Made by a program: the position numbers and the translations under genes. The notes under the pieces are model-generated. The model was not told the origin of the DNA and made no database searches. It worked only from the letters and a program-made list of their open reading frames with translations. From Polyangia bacterium (GTDB lineage: Bacteria > Myxococcota_A > Polyangia > JAAYKL01): a stretch of 64,000 bases of DNA. The first letter of the stretch is position 1. Each line of letters opens with the position of its first letter. Below are positions 9,532 through 18,795 of the stretch, piece after piece. The stretch lies in NCBI GenBank assembly GCA_050287845.1, contig JBNKCR010000098.1, forward strand, positions 288,001 to 352,000, given 5' to 3'.

Positions 9532-9829
9532 TAATACCCTTGCCGAAATAATCAGACCGTAAATCAGTTTCTCCCGCCCCGATGTTGAGGGATATTTCAG
9601 TATGATAAAATGAACATTGAAATGATAAAATTGGTAAAGTTTTCACTTTTTTTACAATGCCCTTATTGACGAAATCCTGAGTGATATTCAGTTTTTATGG
9701 TATTTTAGTCCGTTGTTGAACGTTATGCGAATTAATAATTGATTGTGGTGCAGGGGTGATTTTGATAGTATAATAATAGAATTTTACATTTTTAATGAAA
9801 TTGACAGCTTGATTTGGAGGACGAATGAT

Positions 9830-10945
9830 ATGAAGAAAATCAGTTTTCTGCACATGCTGATCAGCTTCGTATGTTTGGTGGGCATTGGCTGTGAAGATCC
9901 GATAGGCGGAGTTATTGTATCGGATTCGGATTCCACTCATTTGCCAGGTGATGGCACTGACACTGGTATCCTGAATTCAGATACGGATGCCGATACAGAC
10001 ACAGATACAGACACAGATACGAACATGGACTTCGTTGGCGAATGCGAGCACGAGTGTCTGGAAAAATGCGTATCGTGGGGAGGCTCGCAAATGCCGGGGG
10101 ATTGTGCCAGTGGCATGATTTGCTGCGATGGCGTAACTGTACCGTATACGGATACTGACACAGATACAGATACTGATACAGATACTGATACAGGCACCGA
10201 TACTGACACCGATACAGATACAGATACAGACGCAGATACAGACACAGATACCGATACAGATACAGACACAGATACCGATACAGATACCGATACAGATACC
10301 GATACAGACACCGATACCGATACAGACACCGATACCGATACAGACACCGATACAGACACAGACACAGACACAGACACAGATACAGACACAGATACAGATA
10401 CAGATACAGATACAGATACAGACACCGACACTGCCCCTGCGGCCCCATATATCGTTGCCGGTGACTGGCATGGGGAAGGCTGGACGGGAATTGGTACCGT
10501 AGAAGGGGGAACCATTACCGATCTGGATGGAGCATATGATTTGGCGACAGATGCCATCTGTGTGCATGGGGCGCTGGTGACCAATTTCAGCTCTCTGGGG
10601 GTTGTTGGCTTCAATGTGAATCAGGACATGGGGAATCCGATGCTGGCACCGTGGTATTCGGGAATCCGTTACTCGGGGGTGTCTGTGAACATCACGCAAT
10701 CAACGGATGCCGTCATGCGAATCGAACTGATTGGGGAAGATGATGTTGGATACTGCGTGGAGCTTCCGGATGGCATCTCAACAATATCCTGGAGCAGCTT
10801 CCGGAGCAGATGCTGGGGACCTGACGGCGTGGCTTACAATACGGGTATCGGTATTGTTGCAGTGCAGGTTTATGCAGCCGGCCGAGAGGACATTGCGGTT
10901 CCATTCAACTATTGCATTTCTGATTTATCACCGGCATCGAACTGA
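9830..10945 (+). CDS. Lipoprotein with long Asp-Thr repeat, small Cys-rich module and C-terminal carbohydrate-binding-like beta domain
   Basis: GGAGG RBS at 9816-9820; MKKISFLHMLISFVCLVGIGC lipobox; DT repeats; aromatic/Cys-containing C-terminal domain (WHGEGWT, GFNVNQ, YCVEL, WSSFRSRCW, FNYCI). Confidence 0.85.
   Translation: MKKISFLHMLISFVCLVGIGCEDPIGGVIVSDSDSTHLPGDGTDTGILNSDTDADTDTDTDTDTNMDFVGECEHECLEKCVSWGGSQMPGDCASGMICCDGVTVPYTDTDTDTDTDTDTDTGTDTDTDTDTDTDADTDTDTDTDTDTDTDTDTDTDTDTDTDTDTDTDTDTDTDTDTDTDTDTDTDTDTDTDTDTDTDTDTAPAAPYIVAGDWHGEGWTGIGTVEGGTITDLDGAYDLATDAICVHGALVTNFSSLGVVGFNVNQDMGNPMLAPWYSGIRYSGVSVNITQSTDAVMRIELIGEDDVGYCVELPDGISTISWSSFRSRCWGPDGVAYNTGIGIVAVQVYAAGREDIAVPFNYCISDLSPASN
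10151..10432 (+). repeat. Hexanucleotide coding repeat (GAYACN)n encoding about 47 Asp-Thr dipeptides
   Basis: gatacagacacagataccgataca... run visible directly. Confidence 0.95.
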
Positions 10946-10976
10946 CCTTGCCGAACATCTTTTCGCTACACCCTTT

Positions 10977-12173
10977 TTAACACCGTTCGATGATAATGGC
11001 CGTTGTGACGCCCCCTGCGCCGCAGATGGCGGCAAGACCGAATTGTTTGTTGCGTGCGCGGAGTGCGTAAGCCAGGGTGATTACGATACGTGCGCCTGAG
11101 ATGCCTGTGGGGTGTCCCAGCGCGATGGCGCCGCCGTGGACATTCAGGATGTCCGGGGTGATATTCAGTTGACGGATATTGGACAGTATCTGGGATGCAA
11201 AGGCTTCATTGAGTTCGATGAGATCGATGTCATCCAGGGTCATCCGGGCGACTTCGAGGACGCGGGTAATGGAATGCACTGGCCCTTCACCCATCACATC
11301 TCCATCCACGGCGCACTGAGCAACAGCAACAATGCGAAACAGCGGAGAAGCGTTCAGTTCGACAGCATGATTTTCGGAAGTGAGGATCAGCGCACAGGCA
11401 CCGTCACTCATGGTGGAACTGTTGCCTGCCGTGACTGTACCGGTGCTGGCAAAGGCCGGGGGGAGGGCGCCCAGTTTTTCGAGGGAGGTATTGGTGCGCG
11501 GTGTTTCATCCTGTGTCAGCGCGATGGGGCCGTGATTGAATGCGGGTACAAGATTCACCGCAACGGTTTCGTCCGCAAACAATCCTTGCCGAATCGCCTG
11601 AACTGCTTTTTCATGGCTTGAAAGAGCAAAGGCATCCTGATCTGCCCGTGAAATATTATATTTTGCTGCCAATCGTTCCGCAGTCTGTCCCATGGTCGTG
11701 CGGGCAATGGGATCGGTGGCGTCCTTCCATCCATCTTCTATCAGAATATCTCCCATTTTTTTGGGCGAAAACCGCAAGCCCCGGACCAGATGCGGGATGG
11801 TGGACATGGAGTCCATGCCGCCGGCAACAACAACTTGTGCGGTGTGACACTGGATGGCCTGGGCAGCACTGATAATGGCCTTCATGCCCGATGGGCACGC
11901 CATGTTCAGGGTCGATGACGGTACCTGTACCGGAATTTCTGCCAGCAGCGCCGCCGACCGGCAGGGGTTGGGCCCGTTTCCTGCCTGTCGGCAGTTCCCC
12001 ATAATCACTTCGTCAACGTCGCTGCCCGCGATGCCCGCCCGGCGCACTGCTTCTTTAATGGCAACGCCTCCGAGTTCCCACGACGCAACATCCTTCAGCG
12101 TACCACCAAAGCGGCCGATGGGCGTTCTGACACCACTGATGGCGACGATTTTTTTGAAATCCGACATCTTCAC
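10977..12173 (-). CDS. Acetyl-CoA acyltransferase (thiolase)
   Basis: RTPIGRFGG, NMACPSG (catalytic Cys), AGGMDSMS, TAGNSS, NEAFA, GGAIALGHPTG, ICGAGG. Confidence 0.95.
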   Translation of the reverse strand: MKMSDFKKIVAISGVRTPIGRFGGTLKDVASWELGGVAIKEAVRRAGIAGSDVDEVIMGNCRQAGNGPNPCRSAALLAEIPVQVPSSTLNMACPSGMKAIISAAQAIQCHTAQVVVAGGMDSMSTIPHLVRGLRFSPKKMGDILIEDGWKDATDPIARTTMGQTAERLAAKYNISRADQDAFALSSHEKAVQAIRQGLFADETVAVNLVPAFNHGPIALTQDETPRTNTSLEKLGALPPAFASTGTVTAGNSSTMSDGACALILTSENHAVELNASPLFRIVAVAQCAVDGDVMGEGPVHSITRVLEVARMTLDDIDLIELNEAFASQILSNIRQLNITPDILNVHGGAIALGHPTGISGARIVITLAYALRARNKQFGLAAICGAGGVTTAIIIERC

Positions 12174-12179
12174 CTATTT

Positions 12180-12926
12180 TCAGATCAGCTGGCCGCCGTC
12201 CACATTCAGGACCTGGCCGGTGATATGCCGCGTTAAATCGCTGGCGAAGAAGAGCACCGCACCTGCCACATCGGCGGTAGTGCCCAATCGTTTCACCGCT
12301 GTTTCGTTCAGCGCGGCGTTAATGATTTCTTCCGGCAACTCTTTGGTCATATCCGTTTCAATGAACCCCGGGGCAATCACGTTTGCATTGATATTTCTGT
12401 TGCCCAGCTCCTTTGCCAGGGTTTTAGTGAATGCGATGAGGCCGCCTTTGGATGCCGAATACGCGCCCTGACCGGCTTTTCCCCGAAGGCCATTGATTGA
12501 AGCGATAGAGATGATTTTGCCGTAGTTCTGTTTTCTGAAATGAGGAATAACGGCCTGCGCGGTGACAAAGGCACCTTTCAGATTGGTTTCGATGACCTGG
12601 TCGAAGTCGCTCATATTCAGTTTCCACGAAACCCGGTCCCGGGTGATTCCAGCGTTCAGTACGAGAATGTGAATGGCGCCCCATTTGGCGAGTATTTTCT
12701 CGACTGTATTTTTGGTCTGTGTGGGATTGGCGCAGTCCGCCTGGACGGCAATGACCCGGTCGGGGGCCAATTTCTTGATGGCATCTGCCGCGGGTCCGGG
12801 ATTCACATAGGTGAACGCTACCCTGGCGCCCTCGCTCAACAGGGCTTTCACAATAGACGCGCCAATCCCCCGGGCCCCTCCGGTGACCAGTGCCACCTTG
12901 TCGTATAAATTAAGAATATCTGTCAT
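12180..12926 (-). CDS. SDR oxidoreductase (FabG / acetoacetyl-CoA reductase-like)
   Basis: TGGARGIG, NAGITRD, YSASK, IAPGFIETDMT, ITGQVLNVDGG. Confidence 0.93.
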   Translation of the reverse strand: MTDILNLYDKVALVTGGARGIGASIVKALLSEGARVAFTYVNPGPAADAIKKLAPDRVIAVQADCANPTQTKNTVEKILAKWGAIHILVLNAGITRDRVSWKLNMSDFDQVIETNLKGAFVTAQAVIPHFRKQNYGKIISIASINGLRGKAGQGAYSASKGGLIAFTKTLAKELGNRNINANVIAPGFIETDMTKELPEEIINAALNETAVKRLGTTADVAGAVLFFASDLTRHITGQVLNVDGGQLI

Positions 12927-13030
12927 AGGATACCCCCTTGCCTGTAAATGGAGTCATGATTCGATAAGGTTTTCCATCTCGTCGCTGATTATGATAGGAA
13001 AGCATTCAATACAGGGGATGATTATCAGAC

Positions 13031-13492
13031 ATGGGTAAAATTTCAATTGCTATATATTTTATTTCAATAATTGGTGCAATCAGTCATGTTGCGCTGGCGC
13101 AAACAGCGGCCGTTGAAGCAGCAGCAGTTTTCAGAGAATCTGAAGAACTGCAGAAATCCCATGTGAATGGGGCGGATGTGTCGGTGGCCAATGCCATCAT
13201 TGATCTGAAAGAAATGACCGAGGAGGGAAACCGGCTTCTGCTGAATCAGAAGGTGGATGAAGCCCGGAGCGTTGCGCAACAGGTCGAGGCGCAGATGGAA
13301 TTGGTCAGAATGCTTTTAAAGCTCGTGGAGGTACAGGAGCGGTTACAGCAACTTCAGACATCATCCCACAAACTCAGAGAAAAAGTCATTCTGTTAAAAG
13401 GGCAATATCGTCGGTTGATTCTGGAATGGGACGGTCGTGCCATGACCGGGGCGTATCCGGCCAAAAATGAAGATGCGGGAGGCAGACCATGA
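13031..13492 (+). CDS. Secreted coiled-coil hypothetical protein
   Basis: Signal peptide ending ALA-Q; helical heptad pattern; stop overlaps the next start (ATGA). Confidence 0.75.
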   Translation: MGKISIAIYFISIIGAISHVALAQTAAVEAAAVFRESEELQKSHVNGADVSVANAIIDLKEMTEEGNRLLLNQKVDEARSVAQQVEAQMELVRMLLKLVEVQERLQQLQTSSHKLREKVILLKGQYRRLILEWDGRAMTGAYPAKNEDAGGRP

Positions 13493-14616
13493 GTGCGCTT
13501 TCTCAGCGGGGATTCCTGCTGTGTGCGGCGGTCGTTCTGACTGGATGCGGTACCCTGTCGCCACCACCGGAATATACGGATTTGAAAATGCGATTGAGTG
13601 CGTCTACTGCCGCTGAGCCTGTTTACGATGTGGCGCGCGATCAATTACGCGCAGCCGAAGATGCGCTGGCCAGACGCGACGGAGAAGCAGCGAGACGACT
13701 TTCAGTGCTGGGATTGATTGAGACGCGGATTGCCGAAACACAATTGCTTCAAATCGCTTTGGCGGAGGCAATTGAGCAGGAGCTGCAACAGCAGCAGGTG
13801 TTGCAGAAGGATGTTTCGCTGTGGCAGTCGCGGGTAACGCAATTGCTTGCCGAGCAGGCGAGACAGGAAATGCGCACCCATATTGAGGCGGTTATTGAAA
13901 AGGAGACTCTGGCTGCAGCGGCAACCGAGGAGTTGCAGGCTGGCGCGTCGGAAGTGACCGATGAACCACTGCACTCGGCTCGTCGCAAAGTGGCATTGGA
14001 GTTGATTGGCATGGCGAAAGTGAGGTTGGGGGTGGCTTCACTGATGGCAAAGGGCAGGTCGGTTCAACCGGAGCAATTGAACGGATTGAAGGGGGCTGTG
14101 GCGCTGATGGAAACCGCATTGGCCGATGATGATATTGCTTCTGTGTATCAATTCGGTGAAGAAAGTATCGCACAATTTGTGTCAGTGGTGGATGATGCGT
14201 GGACGGCATCCGGAGCGACAAGCCAAGAGCCGAAGGACACGCTGACAGATGCGCTGCACCAGAAAGGTTTCAATGTGATTCCTGAACTTGTGGGCCCTGC
14301 GGTTTCGGTTGAATTGCCGGGGGGCGGGTTGCACCGGGGACTGACTCCGACGTTGAAGACGCTGTTGTCCCGTCTTGCAGACATCTTGTTTAATAATGAA
14401 AAGTTGGCTGTGCTGGTCGTGGTTTCCAGCGGTGCGAAGAATCAGGCAAATCTGAAACAGGCAGCAGAGTGCTGCGGGATGCTTCGTGAAGAAATGGCGG
14501 GGTTGAATATTCGCGAAACACAGTATTCCATTTTGCAGCTCTCCCACGAACGTCCGCTGCGTGCAATGACCGGCAAGGGCATGCAGATGGCGCTAGTGTT
14601 TGTCCCGCTTCCCTGA
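13489..14616 (+). CDS. Coiled-coil lipoprotein (DUF4398-like helix) with possibly degenerate OmpA-like C-terminal domain
   Basis: Lipobox LTGC; ARDQLRAAEDAL helix; long coiled coil; alpha/beta C-terminus lacking canonical OmpA motifs. Confidence 0.7.
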   Translation: MSALSQRGFLLCAAVVLTGCGTLSPPPEYTDLKMRLSASTAAEPVYDVARDQLRAAEDALARRDGEAARRLSVLGLIETRIAETQLLQIALAEAIEQELQQQQVLQKDVSLWQSRVTQLLAEQARQEMRTHIEAVIEKETLAAAATEELQAGASEVTDEPLHSARRKVALELIGMAKVRLGVASLMAKGRSVQPEQLNGLKGAVALMETALADDDIASVYQFGEESIAQFVSVVDDAWTASGATSQEPKDTLTDALHQKGFNVIPELVGPAVSVELPGGGLHRGLTPTLKTLLSRLADILFNNEKLAVLVVVSSGAKNQANLKQAAECCGMLREEMAGLNIRETQYSILQLSHERPLRAMTGKGMQMALVFVPLP

Positions 14617-14617
14617 A

Positions 14618-15589
14618 ATGACGATTCCGAGAATTCATACCCTTGAAATGCCCATGCCCGGGATGCTGGGAAAAGTGAACTGCTACGCTGTGGTGAACGG
14701 ATCGCGGGCGGCCCTCATTGATACGGGAATGGCCGGTCTCCACTGCGAAACAGCGATACAGAAAAAGTTGGCAGAGATTGGACATTCTCCGGGCAGTATC
14801 GAAAAGGTTTTCTGTACGCACCATCACCCGGATCATTGTGGTATGGGGAAACTGTTCGAAGATGCCGGCGTGCCACTCTATATGTCTGCGAAGGACGCGG
14901 CACACCTTCAACAGTGGTTGGAATCCGCTCCGATGGATGCGCAACTGGCAACCTTTTTCAGCGAACATGAACTGCCTGAGGATTTTGGCGAATCGGTAAC
15001 GCCGGTGTTTTCGTACCTGAGAACGTTGCAGCAGCCATGCGCGCCAGTCGCGGTTGACAGCAGTCAGCAAACCATCGATTTGGCAGGCGTGCCATTTGAA
15101 ATGGTACCGACTCCGGGGCATACGGACGGACACGTATGTCTGGTGCAACGGGCGTTGAATATTGTTTTTACGGGAGACCACATCTTGCCCGACAGTGCGG
15201 TTAATATCCTCATTCAGCAACAATCAGAGCACCGGGCTCCTCTTGCAGCGTACCTCCGTTCCCTTGAGGAAATCATGGCACTGGGAAAGATGAAAGGTTT
15301 GCCTGGGCATGGCGTTCCCATTCCGGACATTCGGGAACGCTGCTCGGTGTTGCGTGACCTTCACATGCAACGCGTGGCGCAGGTGCGTTCAGTGTTGTGC
15401 GAAAAGCCGTTCTCCGCTACTGATATCAATTGCCGTGCGTTTGGCAGGAAGCGCCGCTCCTTTTCCCGATGGCTGGGAATGGCTCAGACCATTTCATGTC
15501 TGGAGTATCTGGAGCTACATGGGGAGGCCCAGTGTCAACGGCAGGGAAATAAACGAACATATTCACTTGTTGATGTTAAGCAAATATGA
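14618..15589 (+). CDS. MBL-fold metallo-hydrolase with C-terminal helical (winged-helix-like) domain
   Basis: LIDTG, THHHPDHCG, TPGHTDGH, FTGDHIL, LPGHG. Confidence 0.92.
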   Translation: MTIPRIHTLEMPMPGMLGKVNCYAVVNGSRAALIDTGMAGLHCETAIQKKLAEIGHSPGSIEKVFCTHHHPDHCGMGKLFEDAGVPLYMSAKDAAHLQQWLESAPMDAQLATFFSEHELPEDFGESVTPVFSYLRTLQQPCAPVAVDSSQQTIDLAGVPFEMVPTPGHTDGHVCLVQRALNIVFTGDHILPDSAVNILIQQQSEHRAPLAAYLRSLEEIMALGKMKGLPGHGVPIPDIRERCSVLRDLHMQRVAQVRSVLCEKPFSATDINCRAFGRKRRSFSRWLGMAQTISCLEYLELHGEAQCQRQGNKRTYSLVDVKQI

Positions 15590-15657
15590 AATCAATCGTT
15601 ACAATTATGCCCGTTAAGGAATCTTCTGCTTTACTTTCGAAATATACTGCATAAGGT

Positions 15658-16509
15658 GTGGCTGTGATGATGATAAAATGGATGTTGAAATTGTTTTTTA
15701 CTCTTCGGACACAGCGGTTCAGCATCACCTCGCAGACAGCGGTGCTGATGAGTGTATGGCTGAGTGCCTGTAATTATGCGACATTTGACGAACTGACATC
15801 GCCGTCCACCACGCCGGAAAAAGTGTCTATATATCAACTGGTGTTAAATTCTGACGCCAGTTTTTACGCTCAGAGATTAATTTTTCATCCCAATCAGACT
15901 TGGCTGTCGCTCTCGTATGCGCCTGCGGAGGCAAGTGTATCTCAACCTGTGTCCAGGCTGGCGGTGAACGACGACCTGTTAAAAATCAGACCCATCCGGA
16001 CACCATGGGCTCCCGCGTGGGATCGGGAGGCGGTCGTTCTGGGGATGAACCGGATTCTTTTGTCCCATGGGGTTGAGTCTGAAAATATGCGGGTTCGAAT
16101 GATTGCCCATGCCGTTGTTGCCTCCGGTTGGAGGCAGAATGTGTGGAATTTTAACGCCTGGGGCGTGAGACAGGGATCCTGGGAAAAAAATTGGTATATC
16201 ATGCCCACCTACGAAGAAGATGAAAATGGTCATTCCGTTTTTATTGCGGACGCCACATGGCGTGCATTCAACAACTGGGAAGAAGCCATTGATGATTACA
16301 TGACCCGTATTTCAGCCGATTCTGAAAGACCGTCCTACCGGGAGGCATATCGGCACCTCAGAAGTGATACAGTCAGCTTTCGTACCGCTAAAGCGTTCTG
16401 GCATGCACTGGGAGACGGCAATTATTATACCGCCAGCGATTTCACCGGAGAAAAGTTTGCCCGTCTCTGCGGTGGTGTCCGGTCCATTCTGCGTCAGAAA
16501 AATATCTAA
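15658..16509 (+). CDS. Lipoprotein with GH73 (glucosaminidase/FlgJ-type)-like domain, catalytic Glu apparently replaced
   Basis: Lipobox LSAC; IAHAVVASGW, NFNAWGVR, TYEE, WRAFNNWEEAIDDY and GNYYTA parallel the GH73 motifs. Start uncertain. Confidence 0.65.
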   Translation: MAVMMIKWMLKLFFTLRTQRFSITSQTAVLMSVWLSACNYATFDELTSPSTTPEKVSIYQLVLNSDASFYAQRLIFHPNQTWLSLSYAPAEASVSQPVSRLAVNDDLLKIRPIRTPWAPAWDREAVVLGMNRILLSHGVESENMRVRMIAHAVVASGWRQNVWNFNAWGVRQGSWEKNWYIMPTYEEDENGHSVFIADATWRAFNNWEEAIDDYMTRISADSERPSYREAYRHLRSDTVSFRTAKAFWHALGDGNYYTASDFTGEKFARLCGGVRSILRQKNI

Positions 16510-16711
16510 GTCAATTGTGGGCTGGGGCGGAACACCCCGGCGTAGGGCTCCCCGCAGGTTGGAGGACCATACCTGCAGAAACGGCCGCCAAGGACAAGGC
16601 GCGTCAACGCAGGATTGGCAGCGCCAATTCAAGGAGGCCCAACATTGCCGTCTGTGTTCGGAACAAGCGAATTGGGTCGAAATTATGGGAAGCTGCTGTC
16701 AGTGAATTTAA

Positions 16712-17800
16712 TCAGGAATTGCTTTTTTTGAAGTCTACCATGAACTGGGCGAGTTGTTCTGCGCCAGCCACTGGCATTGCGTTATACATGGATGCACGGC
16801 ATCCTCCAACGGAACGGTGTCCTTTTAATCCGGAGAATCCTGCTGCTGCGGCTTCTCCGATGAATTTCTTTTCGAGTTCTTCAGTTGGCAGGCGCCATAC
16901 CACATTCATTTTGGACCTGCAGCACGTTTCTACCGGACAGCTATACCAGCCATCAGATGCATCAACCGCATTATAAATAAAAGCGGAGCGCTGTTTGGCC
17001 AGATTTTCCATTCCAACAACACCGCCGTTTGCTTTTACCCACTCAAGCACATTGTTCATCATGTAAATCGCAAAAACAGGAGGCGTATTGTATAGCGAAT
17101 TATTGTCCGCGTGAACTTTGTAGGACAGGAAGTTGGGGATGTTGGCATTTGCCGCTTCCAATAAAGAATTGCGGATAATCACAATGCCCAGACCGGCGGG
17201 CCCCAGGTTTTTCTGAGCACCAGCGTAAATCATATCGATTTTGTCAAACGGGAGTTCGCGGCTCATAATGTGAGATGACATGTCCATGATTACCGGGACA
17301 TCTCCGCAGTCCGGAAAATCCTGCAGCTCGATTCCGCCAATGGTTTCATTGGAACAGATGTGAATGTAGGCCGAGTTTGCGCTGGGTTTCAGTTCTCCCG
17401 TCTTCGGCATTTTGGTGAAATTATCAGCAGCATTGGTCCAGACTTCGGTGTACCCTGAATAATTTTTTCCTTCCGCTGCCGCTTTTTTGGACCATGACCC
17501 GGTCATTACGTAATCAAGTGTCTTGCCTTCCCTTGCAAAGTTCATCGGAATCATCACGAAGTTCTGTGTGGCACCACCATGAAGCATCAGGATGCTGAAA
17601 TCGTCGGGAACCTGAAGCAGAAATTTCAGATTCTGAATCGCAGCGTTGTGAACCTCATCATAAAATTTGCCGCGGTGGCTCTGTTCGATAATTGACATCC
17701 CTGAGCATTGATAATCGAGAAATTCGTGTTGCGCCTTCTCCAGAGCAGGTAAAGGCAGCGTGCAGGGCCCGGCTGAGAAGTTAAAGATTCTATTGGTCAT
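16712..17800 (-). CDS. serC: Phosphoserine aminotransferase
   Basis: MTNRIFNFSAGP, EQSHRGK, TGSWSKKA, SNETIGG, DMSS, YAGAQKNLGPAG, SLYNTPP, LKGHRSVGGCRASMYNA; AGGAG RBS. Confidence 0.97.
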   Translation of the reverse strand: MTNRIFNFSAGPCTLPLPALEKAQHEFLDYQCSGMSIIEQSHRGKFYDEVHNAAIQNLKFLLQVPDDFSILMLHGGATQNFVMIPMNFAREGKTLDYVMTGSWSKKAAAEGKNYSGYTEVWTNAADNFTKMPKTGELKPSANSAYIHICSNETIGGIELQDFPDCGDVPVIMDMSSHIMSRELPFDKIDMIYAGAQKNLGPAGLGIVIIRNSLLEAANANIPNFLSYKVHADNNSLYNTPPVFAIYMMNNVLEWVKANGGVVGMENLAKQRSAFIYNAVDASDGWYSCPVETCCRSKMNVVWRLPTEELEKKFIGEAAAAGFSGLKGHRSVGGCRASMYNAMPVAGAEQLAQFMVDFKKSNS

Positions 17801-18129
17801 TGTAACAATTCTCCTTAAAATTGGTTGAAGTAAGGGAGCGTAATAATCGTGCCATAGATCCAATTATTTTAGTGCCATCCACTATGATACGACTGGCGCT
17901 ACGCTATTGCTTTTTCAGGGATCTGACAAGAATAATTGAGCGATAAAAATAAAAAAAGCCATTCTGAAGTGCCCGAAATCTATACGATGTTTCAAAAATT
18001 AAAGCTATCTTTTCGTTTTTGAAATGAAAGTTCAGCCGGTTAGTAAAATTTCACGTCTTAAGTGTTTTTTTTTTACTTAGTGCATTGAGATTAAAGGGAA
18101 TTTTGAGTTTTTAATGAAAATACAATATT

Positions 18130-18145
18130 TGGTATGAGTATTGCT
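18130..18145 (+). promoter_or_regulatory. sigma-54 (-24/-12) promoter
   Basis: TGGTATGAGTATTGCT: GG at 18131-32, exactly 10 nt, GC at 18143-44. Preceded by about 200 nt of AT-rich DNA containing a TTTCAAAAA/TTTTTGAAA inverted repeat (17990-18024). Confidence 0.75.
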
Positions 18146-18155
18146 AAAGCTTTCG

Positions 18156-18276
18156 TACGACGGCGAGCTCGTCTCAGATGCCCCCCACATCCACCGAGTT
18201 CGTCGTTCTTTTATTTATTCAACGGTGAGTTCACACAACGATGCCCCCCCATCAGGTGAACTCACCGTTTTTTTTT
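18156..18276 (+). ncRNA. Candidate small RNA with two tandem C6-loop hairpins and U-tract terminator
   Basis: Hairpin 1 18160-18206 and hairpin 2 18221-18269, both capped by GATG-CCCCCC(A)-CATC; compensatory changes between the copies; T9 run at 18268-18276. Confidence 0.75.
18221..18276 (+). terminator. Intrinsic terminator-like hairpin (3' end of the candidate sRNA)
   Basis: Perfect 14-bp stem AACGGTGAGTTCAC/GTGAACTCACCGTT running into a poly-T tract. Confidence 0.75.
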
Positions 18277-18399
18277 GTTTTAAAAGTGTTGTTTTTTACG
18301 CATCAGATGACTGAAGTAATCACCTGTGCGCAACTCAACATTGACTCTGTAAAGCCGTACAGAAATGAGGGTGGTGGTGCGAAATATCGTGCTGGTGAT

Positions 18400-18795
18400 T
18401 CAGCGGCTATGGGCGAGGAGCTTGCGGATTTTAAACAGCAGTTCAGCAAAATCGAAGGGTTTGTCAATATGGTCATTGGCGCCGTACAGAGGAGAAGTCA
18501 TTTCGTTGAGACTCTCGCCAATACCGGTAAGCATCATGACCGGCAGTTCCTTCAGTTCTTTGTCTGCCCGGATGGCTTTACAGACTTCCCAGCCATTCAT
18601 CTGGGGCATCATAACATCAAGAACGACGGCATCCGGGCGTTCGCGGTGAATCAGTTTCAAGGCATCAGCACCATTGTTCGCAGTGATAATGGTGCATTCG
18701 AGTACGCCAAGTCTGCGGGTGAGAATTCCGATCAGCTCCGGATCATCATCTGCCAGCAGCAGCAGGGGTTTATCGCGATTTTCTTTAGTCTGCAT
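18400..18795 (-). CDS. Single-domain response regulator
   Basis: LLADDDPE, VVLDVMMPQMNGWEV, MMLTG, IDKPFD. Confidence 0.93.
   Translation of the reverse strand: MQTKENRDKPLLLLADDDPELIGILTRRLGVLECTIITANNGADALKLIHRERPDAVVLDVMMPQMNGWEVCKAIRADKELKELPVMMLTGIGESLNEMTSPLYGANDHIDKPFDFAELLFKIRKLLAHSR

Noticed and set aside
9912..10699. Long antisense ORFs (VSVS, CICV, YLYL repeats)
   Set aside because: Stop-free shadows of the Asp-Thr hexamer repeat; the same applies at 6856-7106 and 50396-50812
10977..12926. PHA synthesis (phaAB) locus
   Set aside because: No PHA synthase or phasin in the window; a thiolase plus SDR pair is not specific
17840..17880. Two ATGGCAC copies upstream of serC as a sigma-54 promoter
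   Set aside because: Neither has GC at the required -12 position; possibly an operator, but unsupported
18156..18276. Hairpins as merely the terminator of the convergent response regulator
   Set aside because: U-tracts and G-U pairs are on the + strand, a + strand sigma-54 motif precedes them, and the conserved C6 cap is not needed for termination
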